In this document: positions 17,783 to 27,629 of the stretch, one piece after another
Position numbering within the stretch: the first letter of the stretch is position 1
Layout: each line of letters opens with the position of its first letter
Assembly (NCBI GenBank): GCA_963810495.1
Contig: CAWENP010000027.1
Location: 23,139 to 87,138 of the forward strand
Direction of reading: 5' to 3'
Source: an uncultured delta proteobacterium
GTDB lineage: Bacteria > Desulfobacterota > Binatia > Binatales > Binataceae
DNA: 64,000 nucleotides
Program-made: the position numbers and the translations under genes
Notes under the pieces: generated by a model
Told to the model about the DNA's origin: nothing
The model's database searches: none
The model's input: the letters and a program-made list of their open reading frames with translations, nothing else

Positions 17783-18970
17783 TCAGACCACGCCGTCGGC
17801 GCGCAGGCGCTCGAGTTCGGCTGCGTCGATTCCGAGGCTCGCCAGCACTTCGGCGGTATGCTCGCCCAGTACCGGCGGACGCATCCGCGGACGCTCGACC
17901 TCTGGCGACTCCGATAGCTTGATCGGCGATCCGGCGACCTTGATCGCGCCGCGAGTCGGGAATTCGCTATCGAGCAGCATCCCGCGACGCGCCACTTCGG
18001 GATCGGCGGTCAACTCTTCGACCGTGCGAACCGGCGCAGAGGGCACGCCCACCGCGATGAGCTCCACGACCAGCTCGTCGCGACGCTTGCTCCGTGTCCA
18101 TCCCGAGACTGCGCGGTCGACCTCATCGACGTTAGCAAGTCGGGTCGCGTGATTCCTGAAACGCGGATCGCCGATCAGCTCCTCGCGCCCCATCAACTTC
18201 GCCAGCGTGCGCCAGTGCGGTTCGGTGAGGCAGAAAATCAGAATCTCGCCGTCGGCGGCGGGATAGACGTCGGAGGGACAGGCATTGCGATGGCGATTGC
18301 CGAGACGCTCCGGCTTGCGCGCCTGCAGTTGGTCGGCGATGAGGCCGGTCAGCGCCGGGACACACACGTCGAGCATCGCGACCTCGACTCTTTGCCCGCG
18401 CCCGCTGCGCTCGCGCTGCAGCAGTGCCGCCAGGATGCCGCTCACGAGATGGCTGCCGGTGCCCATGTCGATGAAGGTGGCGGGCGTTTTCACCCCGCTG
18501 CGATCGGGATAGCCGGTCACGCTCATGAAGCCCGAGCTCGCCTGCACCGTTGAGTCCATCGCGCCCAGGCGCGCCCACGGGCCGTCGCTCGCATAGCCCT
18601 TGGCGCTCGCATAGACCAGGCGCGGGAAGCGGCCGCGCAAGTCCTTGTAGCCGAGGCCAAAGGACTCCATCACGCCCGCCGAGTAATTCTCGACCAGCAC
18701 GTCGGCGCGCTCGATGAGCTTGAGGATGATTTCGCGGCCGCGCGGATGCTTCAAGTTGAGCGTCACCGAACGCTTGTTGGCGTTGAGCATCAGGAAGGAA
18801 TAGCCGACGCCGCCCGGCGACGACTCAGCCCGGCGCAGGCTCTCGCCCACGCCGGGCGGTTCGATCTTGATGATCTCGGCGCCCATCTGGGCGAGCTGCA
18901 AGGTGCAGTATGGCGCGGCGAAAATCTGCCCCAGGTCGATTACGCGGATTCCCTCGAGCGGCAGGCCCAT
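17783..18970 (-). CDS. Family III CoA-transferase (CaiB/BaiF)
   Basis: PLEGIRVIDL, GAEIIKIEPP, NANKRSVTLNLK, ADVLVEN, PVLGEHT. Confidence 0.93.
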   Translation of the reverse strand: MGLPLEGIRVIDLGQIFAAPYCTLQLAQMGAEIIKIEPPGVGESLRRAESSPGGVGYSFLMLNANKRSVTLNLKHPRGREIILKLIERADVLVENYSAGVMESFGLGYKDLRGRFPRLVYASAKGYASDGPWARLGAMDSTVQASSGFMSVTGYPDRSGVKTPATFIDMGTGSHLVSGILAALLQRERSGRGQRVEVAMLDVCVPALTGLIADQLQARKPERLGNRHRNACPSDVYPAADGEILIFCLTEPHWRTLAKLMGREELIGDPRFRNHATRLANVDEVDRAVSGWTRSKRRDELVVELIAVGVPSAPVRTVEELTADPEVARRGMLLDSEFPTRGAIKVAGSPIKLSESPEVERPRMRPPVLGEHTAEVLASLGIDAAELERLRADGVV

Positions 18971-19013
18971 CGGTTCTCTCTCTCCCTCCTCGAAGCGGCG
19001 GCGCCGCGCGCGT

Positions 19014-20180
19014 TCAGCGCAGCAGATTGCGCGCGATCACCATCCGATGCACTTCCGAGGGGCCTTCACCGATCCGGCGGATGCGCGCCTCGCGGTACCA
19101 TCGCTCGAGCGGGAACTCCTTGCTCACGCCATAGCCGCCGTGGATTTGCACCGCGCGGTCGATCACGCGGCCGAGCGCCTCGCTCGAATACAACTTCGCG
19201 ATCGACGCTTCCATCCGCGCGTCCTCGCCACGGTCGGCTTTCCATGCGCCGTCCCAGGTGAGCCATCGCGCGGCGCGCAGCTCGACCTCGGAATCGGCCA
19301 ACATCCATTGGATCGCCTGGCGGCGCGCCAGCAACTCCCCGAAGGTTTTGCGCTGTTTGGCATGCGCGACCGCCATCCTGAGTGCCGCGACGCCGACGCC
19401 GATGTTGCACGCCGAGTACGGAAAGCGCAGGCGCGTCAACAAATCGAGGCAGAGCGTCAGCCCTCCGCCCTCGGGGCCGAGCCGCTGCGCCGCTGGAAGC
19501 GTGCAATCCTCGAAATGGACCTCGCATGGCAGCGCCGCCGTGCGCAGCACCTTGAATGGTCGCGCGGTGAAGCCGGGCGTGTTCTTCTCCACGATGAACG
19601 CAGTGATCCCGGCGCGGCCCGCGTTGGGATCGGTGCGCGTGAACACCACGCCCCATTCGGCCTCGTGCGCGTGAGAGGAAAAAATCTTGGTGCCATTCAG
19701 CACGTAGGTGTCGCCCTTGCGCACCGCGCGGCATTGGATCGCGCCGGCCGGATCGGATCCGCCGGAGGGCTCGGTGATCGCAAAGAAGGTGTAGGAGGCC
19801 TTCTTGATGGTGGGGACGGCGTATTTCTGGATCTGTTCCTCGGTGCCGGCCCAGATGACTGGCGGCGGCGTGCGCCCGAATACGCCCGCGCCCGGGTTGT
19901 ACAGGCCCATCCGATGCTGCGCCATCTCTTCCATCAGCACGCACATATCGAATGTGCCGAGTCCGCCACCGCCGTATTTCGTCTGCACGCCCATGCACCA
20001 CAGGCCGGCGGCCTGGGTTCTGCGGGCAATCGGCCAGAACTCGCTCTCGGGAATCTCGGGCGCATCGGGATCGAGGCGATCTTCGATCGGAATGATCTCA
20101 TCTCGGATGATGCGCTTGACCTGCTCGCGCAGCGCGGTCAGCTCCTCCGACAACACGAAGCCGTTATTGCCGTTCTCCAT
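19014..20180 (-). CDS. Acyl-CoA dehydrogenase
   Basis: AITEPSGGSD, LNGTKIF, QIHGGYG, RIGEGPSEV. Confidence 0.93.
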   Translation of the reverse strand: MENGNNGFVLSEELTALREQVKRIIRDEIIPIEDRLDPDAPEIPESEFWPIARRTQAAGLWCMGVQTKYGGGGLGTFDMCVLMEEMAQHRMGLYNPGAGVFGRTPPPVIWAGTEEQIQKYAVPTIKKASYTFFAITEPSGGSDPAGAIQCRAVRKGDTYVLNGTKIFSSHAHEAEWGVVFTRTDPNAGRAGITAFIVEKNTPGFTARPFKVLRTAALPCEVHFEDCTLPAAQRLGPEGGGLTLCLDLLTRLRFPYSACNIGVGVAALRMAVAHAKQRKTFGELLARRQAIQWMLADSEVELRAARWLTWDGAWKADRGEDARMEASIAKLYSSEALGRVIDRAVQIHGGYGVSKEFPLERWYREARIRRIGEGPSEVHRMVIARNLLR

Positions 20181-20223
20181 CGAACGCTAGCCTCCAGTGC
20201 GATGTGCTCCGATGCTAAGATAT

Positions 20224-22206
20224 CTACTCGTCGAGCCGGCGCCTCAGTGCTTCGAGCCAATTCCCGTGCAAGCGCTCCAAATCGTAGGCGCCCCAGGTGC
20301 CTTTCAGCGCGGGATCGATTTCGTGGATATGGCGGATCGCACGATCGACCTTTTCAACCGCCTGCGCACCCGTCGCGCGGCGCTCCGCGCCCGTGAGCGT
20401 CCTCGCCTCGAGCCACTGCGCGACACCTTCCAGAGCCTCTGCGCTGTATTCCCATAAATCGCGCTCCGCGCCAACCTCCGGCCGTGCCGCTGCGTCGCCC
20501 GACCCTGCCCCTGCGCCTGAGATTATCGCTTCGGCCGCGGCCACCCCCTCGCGCATCGCCGCCGCCGCCTCCAACAGCCGCGAGCGTCTTCGCAGCGCGC
20601 CAGCCGGCTGCAGCGGCGGACGCGTCACGGCGCCATAAGTAAGCGCCATCGCGGACGCGCGCGCGATCGCACGATACGCCCGAGCCATCGCCGCGCCGCA
20701 TCCGGGATATCGCGTCGCGGCAATGTCGTCGACGGCCACGTCGGAATCGACGTCGAGCGAACGCGTCGCGCGCGCGAAAATCTCCAGGTTGACCGGATAG
20801 GCGAGCGCGCTGAACGCGCCAAAAGTGAGGCACGAGATGCTCCGCAGGCCCATCCGATGGTACGCGTTGAGATCGCGCACGATGATCGACGGCGTCGCGA
20901 ATCCCATCCCGCCGAACAGGATCGCGTCGGCGTAATACTCGAATACGCCGCCGCGCCCGTCGAACATGTCGATGTAACGCTCGAGCGACTCCAGGTAACG
21001 CGGATTCACGGTGCAAGCCGGATCGTCAATCGCGTGGCTGTAACATCGCTCGCGTGGCGCCCATTCGAACCATACGTTGGCGAGCGGGCGCAGCGCGGGA
21101 TCCGGCTCCAACGTGTCGTGATAGCCGAGATAGGCGACCGGCATCACTGCGTCGCCTTCGGACATCAGTGCCGCCGCAATTTCGTTGACGACCTTCATAT
21201 ACTGAAGCTGCGGCGACAGCGCCGCGCAGTCGGCGCATCGGCACCACGCCCCGCGCCTTACGTCCGCGCCCCATATATGCAGCATCGCCATCTCGGGGTT
21301 GTCGCGCACGTAGCCCAGCGCGCCCGCGCGCACCAATTCGAGCGCCGCCCGATTCGACACGCACAGGTTGCCGCTCTCCATCCTCCGGCCGTCTTCCCCG
21401 CACGGAAAGTACTCCGGATGCGCCGCGAATCGATCGCGCGGCAACAAAAGCTGCAACACGTGGCCGCCGTACTCCGCCTCGATGCAGCGCTCCGCCAGCA
21501 TCGGAGCGACCTCATCGATCTTGAGCCGCGTGTCCTGCGCGTGGCGGATATACTCGAACGCGTTGATGCCGCGCCGCCCCATCCAGGGGATGAACTCGCG
21601 ATCGTGCGCGAGATGCATCGCCAGGCGTGCCGGCTCCTCGTAGAGCCAAGTCATGATGTCCGAGACGAAGGCGCGCCGGCCAAACGCCGGCGCGACGCGA
21701 TACGGCGCGAGCGTAGCGAGTTGCGCCGGCTCGATGCGCGGCAACGCGGGCGCCCGGCCGAGCGCGAAGCGCGCGCCGAGGCGCTCGACCAGGTCGTAGG
21801 CGCCGTGGAGCGCACCGCGCTCCGAGGCGCCTGCGACCACCAGCGCCGTCCCGCGCCCGGCGCCTGCGGCGCCGGGCGCGGGACGGCGCAACAGCGCAAA
21901 GCTGTCGTCCGGGAGCACCGCGCGCGAGCGCGCGGCGCTCCCGGACGACGCATCCGCGTCCCGCGGCGATGCCGCGGGACGCGCAGACGCCGAGGCGGAG
22001 ACCGCGACGCCTGAAGGCGCCGCGGCCTCCGCCTCGATGGCGAGGCTCCGCGGGTCGAGGCCGTCGACGGCCTCGACCCGCGGAGCCTCGGGCAGCATCG
22101 CGCCCAGGCTCGCGGCGAGCTCGTGCGCCGCAAAGCGCACGAGCTCGCCCGCGTCGCGCGCGTGAGCGACTCGCATGCCGCTTCGAGCCTCAGCTGCGAG
22201 CGACAT
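20224..22206 (-). CDS. DUF4838-like putative glycoside hydrolase
   Basis: 'GALHGAYDLVERLG', 'HPEYF', 'NLCVSN', 'WCRCADC', 'YLGYHDT', 'FEYY' typical of DUF4838 proteins; start may be 22176. Confidence 0.65.
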   Translation of the reverse strand: MSLAAEARSGMRVAHARDAGELVRFAAHELAASLGAMLPEAPRVEAVDGLDPRSLAIEAEAAAPSGVAVSASASARPAASPRDADASSGSAARSRAVLPDDSFALLRRPAPGAAGAGRGTALVVAGASERGALHGAYDLVERLGARFALGRAPALPRIEPAQLATLAPYRVAPAFGRRAFVSDIMTWLYEEPARLAMHLAHDREFIPWMGRRGINAFEYIRHAQDTRLKIDEVAPMLAERCIEAEYGGHVLQLLLPRDRFAAHPEYFPCGEDGRRMESGNLCVSNRAALELVRAGALGYVRDNPEMAMLHIWGADVRRGAWCRCADCAALSPQLQYMKVVNEIAAALMSEGDAVMPVAYLGYHDTLEPDPALRPLANVWFEWAPRERCYSHAIDDPACTVNPRYLESLERYIDMFDGRGGVFEYYADAILFGGMGFATPSIIVRDLNAYHRMGLRSISCLTFGAFSALAYPVNLEIFARATRSLDVDSDVAVDDIAATRYPGCGAAMARAYRAIARASAMALTYGAVTRPPLQPAGALRRRSRLLEAAAAMREGVAAAEAIISGAGAGSGDAAARPEVGAERDLWEYSAEALEGVAQWLEARTLTGAERRATGAQAVEKVDRAIRHIHEIDPALKGTWGAYDLERLHGNWLEALRRRLDE

Positions 22207-22316
22207 CGAACTCTCTCCTTGGCGCTCGGCGCGTTTTTCCCATACTCCGGGAATGATAACATCGAGCTGCGGCCGTAAAGGAGGCGCCCAGGGCGCCGTC
22301 GCGCCGCACCTTATAG

Positions 22317-23366
22317 ATGCCGACTCCCAACGAAATCCTGGTCGAACTCAAGAAAGTCAAATACCCCGGCTTCACCCGCGACATCGTCTCCTTCGGCATG
22401 GTCAAGGATATCGAGATCGCATACAAGGGCGTAACCGTGACGCTTACCGCGCCGAGCGCGAACTCCGAGGTCATCACGCAAATCGTCGAGGATGTCCGCC
22501 GCACAGTTGCCGCGATGCCGGGCATCCCTGCCGTCGACGTGCACATGGAGCAGGCCGCGAGCGCGCCAAAGATGGCTCCTGGGTCGCATCGCCGGCTCGT
22601 GCCGGGCGTGCGTCACGTCCTCGCGGTAGCCAGTGGCAAGGGCGGCGTGGGCAAGTCGACGGTCGCGGTGAACCTGGCGTTGGCGATGCGCGCGGCCGGA
22701 TGGCGCATCGGCCTCATGGACGCCGACGTTTACGGGCCGAGCGTCGCGATGATGGTCGGGTCCGACCAGCGCGTCGAGCTCACGCCCGAGCGCCGTATCA
22801 TCCCGCTGGAAAGCTTCGGCATCCGCTACATCTCGATGGCGCTGTTCGTGAACGACGAGACGGCGGTCATCTGGCGCGGCCCGATGGTGACCAAGCTGGA
22901 GACCGAGTTTCTATTCAACGTCGAGTGGGGCGAACTCGACTGCCTCGTGCTCGATCTGCCGCCGGGCACCGGCGACGCGCAACTCACGATAACTCAGCGC
23001 GTCGCGCTGGCCGGCGGGATCGTCGTCACCACGCCGCAGGAAGTCGCATTGATGGACGTGCGGCGCGGCGTCACGATGTTCCAGGAAGTCAACGTGCCGG
23101 TGCTGGGCGTGATCGAGAACATGAGCTATCACATCTGCCGCAAGTGCGGCGCGCGGCACGAGATTTTCGCACACGGCGGCGGCGAGCGGCTGGCGCACGA
23201 TCTCGGCGTGCCGTTTCTGGGTGAGCTTCCGCTGGTCCGCGAACTGCGCGAGGGCGGTGACTACGCGCGTCCGCTGGTCGCGGTGCGCCCCGACCATCCG
23301 ATCGCCGCGGAATTCCGTTCGATCGCGGATCGAGTCATCGACGGGCTCGAGCGCACGGAGGCCTGA
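22317..23366 (+). CDS. apbC: Mrp/NBP35 Fe-S cluster carrier ATPase
   Basis: DUF59-like N-terminus, ASGKGGVGKST, DADVYGPS, WRGPM, DLPPGTGD, ENMS..CxxC. Confidence 0.93.
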   Translation: MPTPNEILVELKKVKYPGFTRDIVSFGMVKDIEIAYKGVTVTLTAPSANSEVITQIVEDVRRTVAAMPGIPAVDVHMEQAASAPKMAPGSHRRLVPGVRHVLAVASGKGGVGKSTVAVNLALAMRAAGWRIGLMDADVYGPSVAMMVGSDQRVELTPERRIIPLESFGIRYISMALFVNDETAVIWRGPMVTKLETEFLFNVEWGELDCLVLDLPPGTGDAQLTITQRVALAGGIVVTTPQEVALMDVRRGVTMFQEVNVPVLGVIENMSYHICRKCGARHEIFAHGGGERLAHDLGVPFLGELPLVRELREGGDYARPLVAVRPDHPIAAEFRSIADRVIDGLERTEA

Positions 23367-23406
23367 AGGTCCGGGCGGCGGCAGCGGTTCGCACGGCGCA
23401 ACTGGT

Positions 23407-24171
23407 GTGTTCGCCATATTCGACATCGAGACGCGCGTCGACAAGCGCCTGCTCAATCAAGCGATGTGCGCCGGAGAGGGGTTGAGCGACGAGGACGCGT
23501 TCCAGAGTTTCCGCGAGCAGTTGCGCGCGCGGCGCGGCAGCGATTTTTTTCCGCTAAGCCTGCACATCCCAATTTCGATCGCGATCGGCGATGTCGGCGC
23601 CGACCACGTCCTGCGCTCGGTCGAAAGCCTGGCGCTCGACGGCTATTCCGAGGAGGCGCTGGCGCGCGAGTTCTGGGCGCGCGCCGAGCGTTTCGCGGGA
23701 TGCCTGGTCACGTTCAACGGGCGGCGGTTCGATTTTCCGGTGCTCGAACTCGCCGCCCTGCGCTACGGAATCGCCGCGCCCGCGCACTTCGCCGAAGGCG
23801 CCGAGTCGGGACGCGCCCGCTATTCCACCGAGCGCCATCTCGATCTCTTCGACTACCTGACCAACTTCGGCGCGAGCGGCGGGCTGCGCGGCGGGATGGA
23901 CCTGCTGCTCAAGATGATTGGCCTGCCGGGCAAGATGGAAGTCGACGGCTCGCAGGTCCAGGAATTGTTCGAGCAGGGCCGGCTGGAGGAGATCCATCGC
24001 TACTGCCGCAACGACGTCGTGCAGACGTACTTTTTGTTTCTGCGCGTGGAGTTGATGCGCGGGCGGGTCGATGAAGCCGCTTACCGGCTCGCGCGCGAGG
24101 CCTCCGCCCATTTCCTCGCCGAGATCGGTGCGCCGCCGCCGGCCGGCGAGCCGTCGCCAGGCCGAACGTGA
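23407..24171 (+). CDS. PolB-type 3'-5' exonuclease (WlaX-like)
   Basis: Exo I FDIET, Exo II TFNGRRFDFPVL, HLDL, Exo III YCRNDV; probable GTG start 23407. Confidence 0.85.
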   Translation: MFAIFDIETRVDKRLLNQAMCAGEGLSDEDAFQSFREQLRARRGSDFFPLSLHIPISIAIGDVGADHVLRSVESLALDGYSEEALAREFWARAERFAGCLVTFNGRRFDFPVLELAALRYGIAAPAHFAEGAESGRARYSTERHLDLFDYLTNFGASGGLRGGMDLLLKMIGLPGKMEVDGSQVQELFEQGRLEEIHRYCRNDVVQTYFLFLRVELMRGRVDEAAYRLAREASAHFLAEIGAPPPAGEPSPGRT

Positions 24172-24947
24172 TGGCCGACGCGGCGAACACTGCGCCGAAA
24201 ATCTCGCTCATCGTCATCACGCGCAACGAGGAGGAGCTGATCGGCCAATGCCTCAAGAGCGCAGCGGCGTTCTGCGATGAATTGATCGTGGTCGATTCAT
24301 TCTCGACCGATCGCACGGCCGAAATCGCGCGAAGCTTGGGGGCGCAGGTTTTTCAGCGTCCCTTCGAAGGATATATCGCGCAAAAACAGTTCGCGCTCGA
24401 ACAGGCCGGCGGCGAATGGATCTTCTCGCTCGACGCCGACGAGCAGGCGACCTGGGAATTGGGCAGCGAAATTCGCGCCGCGCTTGCGAGCCCGCAGCCG
24501 TTCGCCGGCTATCGCGTCCGCCGCGTGCTCTACCATCTCGGCCACTATTACACTCGCGGACTCTACCCGGACTGGCACTTGCGGCTGTTTCGCCGCGAAC
24601 GCGCGCGCTTCGGTGGGCACGAGCCGCACGCCAGCGTGCTGGTCGAGGGCTCCGTCGCCAAACTCAAAGCGCCGATTCTCCATTTCAGCTACCGCGATGT
24701 CGCAGACCATGTCGCTACGATCAATCGGCTAAGCTCGCAAGCGGCGACCGAGGGCGACCCGGGCGCGTTGACCGTGGTCAAAATGATCGCCAATCCGGCC
24801 TGGCGCTTCTTCAACTTCTATTTCCTGCGCGGCGGCTTTCGCGAGGGCGGACGCGGACTATACGCCGCGATGAGCGCTGCGTTTTACGTCTTTCTCAAGT
24901 ACGCCAAGCTCTATGAGCGCCGGCTGCGAACGCAGCGCCGATTGTGA
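24168..24947 (+). CDS. GT2 glycosyltransferase (KdtX/WaaE-like beta-1,4-glucosyltransferase family)
   Basis: ITRNEE, VVDSFSTDRT, SLDADE, YPDWHLRLF, FLKYAKL. Confidence 0.88.
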   Translation: MMADAANTAPKISLIVITRNEEELIGQCLKSAAAFCDELIVVDSFSTDRTAEIARSLGAQVFQRPFEGYIAQKQFALEQAGGEWIFSLDADEQATWELGSEIRAALASPQPFAGYRVRRVLYHLGHYYTRGLYPDWHLRLFRRERARFGGHEPHASVLVEGSVAKLKAPILHFSYRDVADHVATINRLSSQAATEGDPGALTVVKMIANPAWRFFNFYFLRGGFREGGRGLYAAMSAAFYVFLKYAKLYERRLRTQRRL

Positions 24948-25016
24948 GGCTGTGCGCGGCGCGCGGGCGCCGTAGCCTGTTTTTTCGCGCGGCGTACCTG
25001 ATAACGTAACGCGATC

Positions 25017-25823
25017 ATGCCCGCACGCGAAATAGTCGATGGCGTTCTGGAGCTGGTCGCCGGCCTCGACGCTCGCGGCACGCGCGCGCTCGACGTAAGC
25101 TGCCGCAACGGTGAGGTGATGACGGCGCTGGCCGCGCGCGGTTTCGAAGTGCGCGGCACCCGTTTCGAACGCGGCCTGCCGCCGATCGAAGGCATGCCGA
25201 TCGATGAGGGGGTCGATCTCACGCGTGGTCTGCCCTATCCCGACGAAAGCTTCGACCTGGTCGTGCTCACCGAGGTGATCGAACACCTGGAGAACCATCG
25301 CGCGGCGCTGGGCGAGGTGGCGCGCGTGCTGCGGCCGGGCGGCCATCTGATCTTGACCACGCCTAACATCATGCGCCTGGATTCGCGCCTGGGCTTCATG
25401 CTGTCGGGGATGCACAAGGCCAAGCGGCGCCAAATTCCGCTCGACACGCCGCTCGATAAGGCTCATCACTTCCACAACTACCCGATCCCGTTCGTGCTGC
25501 TCTACTATCTGATGCGTATCAATGGCCTGCGGCTCGAACGGCTCGGCCACGGCAAAGTCAAGCCGTTCAGCTACGTGCTCTACGCGCTGTTTTACCCGGT
25601 GGTCGCGTTCGACACGCGGCTGCGCCTGATATGGCGCGAGCGCAAGCCGCCGGTGCGCGCGCTCAACCGGGAGCTTGCGCGCTGGATGCTCGACCGGCGC
25701 GTGCTGACGGAAGACAACCTGATCGTGCGCGCGCACAAGGCACTCGCCGAGGAAATTCCGCGGGACACTCTAACGGATGGCTCTTCGAGCTCTGCGCACG
25801 AGGGCCGCTTTGGCTCCGCATAG
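25017..25823 (+). CDS. Class I SAM-dependent methyltransferase
   Basis: LPYPDESFDLVVLTEVIEHL, RVLRPGGHLILTTPN; atypical motif I LDVSCRNG. Confidence 0.85.
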   Translation: MPAREIVDGVLELVAGLDARGTRALDVSCRNGEVMTALAARGFEVRGTRFERGLPPIEGMPIDEGVDLTRGLPYPDESFDLVVLTEVIEHLENHRAALGEVARVLRPGGHLILTTPNIMRLDSRLGFMLSGMHKAKRRQIPLDTPLDKAHHFHNYPIPFVLLYYLMRINGLRLERLGHGKVKPFSYVLYALFYPVVAFDTRLRLIWRERKPPVRALNRELARWMLDRRVLTEDNLIVRAHKALAEEIPRDTLTDGSSSSAHEGRFGSA

Positions 25824-25849
25824 GGGCTTGATAAGTTAGGCCGGCTGAT

Positions 25850-27610
25850 ATGAAACGCCTGCTCGGCTACGTTCGCCCCTACTGGCATCGCTACGCGTTA
25901 GCCACGTTCTGCACGCTCGGCACCGTGACGCTCGGGATGCTGCTGCCGTATTTAACGGGCAAGGCGATAGACTCGATCCAGGCCCGCGATTCCCTCCGTT
26001 TAAGCCATCTCGCCGGCGAAATCTTTGCGGCGGCGCTGGCGATGGGCGTGGTGCGATGGTTTTCGCGCTTCATGTTCTTCAACTGCGGGCGCGACGTCGA
26101 ATACTGCCTGCGCAACGATCTCTTCGGCCATCTCACGCGGCTAGACCGCTCCTTCTACGAGCGGCTGAAGACCGGCGACCTGATGTCGCGGATGATCAAC
26201 GATTTGAGCGCGGTGCGGATGATGGTCGGAATGGGCGCGCTGACCTTCGCCAACACGCCGCTCGTCTACATCTATGCGCTGACCTTCATGTTCACCAGGC
26301 AATGGCGCCTCACCTTTGTATCGCTGGTGCCCTTCGTGATTCTGTTCTTCGCGATCCGCCGGCTCACGCAGACGCTGATGGAGCGCAGCCTGCGGGTGCA
26401 GCAGGAGTTGGGGGCGATCGGCGCCAAGGTGCAGGAGAGCCTTTCAGGCATCCATGTCGTGAAGGCCTACACGCTGCACGAGCGCGAAGCCGAGGAGTTC
26501 CGCCGCCGCAACGACAGTTACAATGAGGAGGGCCTGGCGCTCGCGCGGTTGCGCGGCGCGCTGATGCCGCTCATCCGCGGCACGTACGCGACGTCGATGA
26601 TGATGGTGCTGGTGTACGGCAGCTACCTGGTCACGCGCAACCAGATGTCGATCGGCGGGCTGGTCGCCTTCATGGGCTACCTGGCGCAGCTGATGTGGCC
26701 GACCACGGCGCTGGGCTGGGTGATTTCGATTTACCAGCGCGGGCGCGCCTCGATGAAGCGGCTCGACGACATTTTTCTCGCTTCCGTCACGCCCTCGATC
26801 GACGGAGGCGAGACGCGGCTGGAAGTGGCCGGCGCAATCGAATGGGAGCACGTCTGGTTCAGCTACTTCGCACACGACGGCAACCGGCGTGGCGAAAATG
26901 GCCGCGACGGCCATTACGCACTGCGCGACGTCTCGGTAAAAATCGCCGCCGGAGAGAAGCTCGCGATCGTTGGCCGCACCGGCGCGGGCAAATCCACGAT
27001 GGTCAAGCTGCTGACGCGGCTGGTCGAGCCGAGCGCGGGCCGCGTCACGCTCGACGGGCGCGACGTGCGCGATCTGCCGCTGGGGGCGCTGCGCAAGACG
27101 GTCGGGATGGTGCCGCAGGAACCGACGCTGTTCTCCGACACGATGGCGCGTAACATCGCGTTCGGACGCGGCGATGCCTCGCTGGACGAAATCGCCCACG
27201 CCGCGCGCATCGCCGGCCTCGAGGCAGATATCGCCGTGCTGCCGCAGGGCCTTGCGACAATCGTCGGCGAGCGCGGGATGTCGCTCTCGGGCGGGCAGAA
27301 GCAGCGCGTCACTATCGCGCGAGTGCTGGTCTACGACCCCGCGGTGGTGGTACTCGACGACGCGCTCTCCAGCGTCGATACCGAGACCGAACGCGCCGTG
27401 CTCGATAGCCTGGTCGAGAGCGTGCGCGGCCGCACCACAGTCGTGGTGAGCCATCGCGCGTCCACCGTGCGCGACGCCGACCACATAATCGTGCTGGAGG
27501 ACGGCGAGATCGCCGAGCGCGGCACGCACGCGGAGTTGATGGCGCAGCGCGGGATTTACGCCGAGCTGTTCCATCGCCAACTGGTGGAGGAAGAACTCGC
27601 GCGCTACTGA
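25850..27610 (+). CDS. Type IV ABC exporter half-transporter (TMD+NBD)
   Basis: TGDLMSR, GRTGAGKST, LSGGQKQR, degenerate Walker B LDDALSSVD. Confidence 0.93.
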   Translation: MKRLLGYVRPYWHRYALATFCTLGTVTLGMLLPYLTGKAIDSIQARDSLRLSHLAGEIFAAALAMGVVRWFSRFMFFNCGRDVEYCLRNDLFGHLTRLDRSFYERLKTGDLMSRMINDLSAVRMMVGMGALTFANTPLVYIYALTFMFTRQWRLTFVSLVPFVILFFAIRRLTQTLMERSLRVQQELGAIGAKVQESLSGIHVVKAYTLHEREAEEFRRRNDSYNEEGLALARLRGALMPLIRGTYATSMMMVLVYGSYLVTRNQMSIGGLVAFMGYLAQLMWPTTALGWVISIYQRGRASMKRLDDIFLASVTPSIDGGETRLEVAGAIEWEHVWFSYFAHDGNRRGENGRDGHYALRDVSVKIAAGEKLAIVGRTGAGKSTMVKLLTRLVEPSAGRVTLDGRDVRDLPLGALRKTVGMVPQEPTLFSDTMARNIAFGRGDASLDEIAHAARIAGLEADIAVLPQGLATIVGERGMSLSGGQKQRVTIARVLVYDPAVVVLDDALSSVDTETERAVLDSLVESVRGRTTVVVSHRASTVRDADHIIVLEDGEIAERGTHAELMAQRGIYAELFHRQLVEEELARY

Positions 27611-27629
27611 AGCGCGCGAGTGGGTGACG

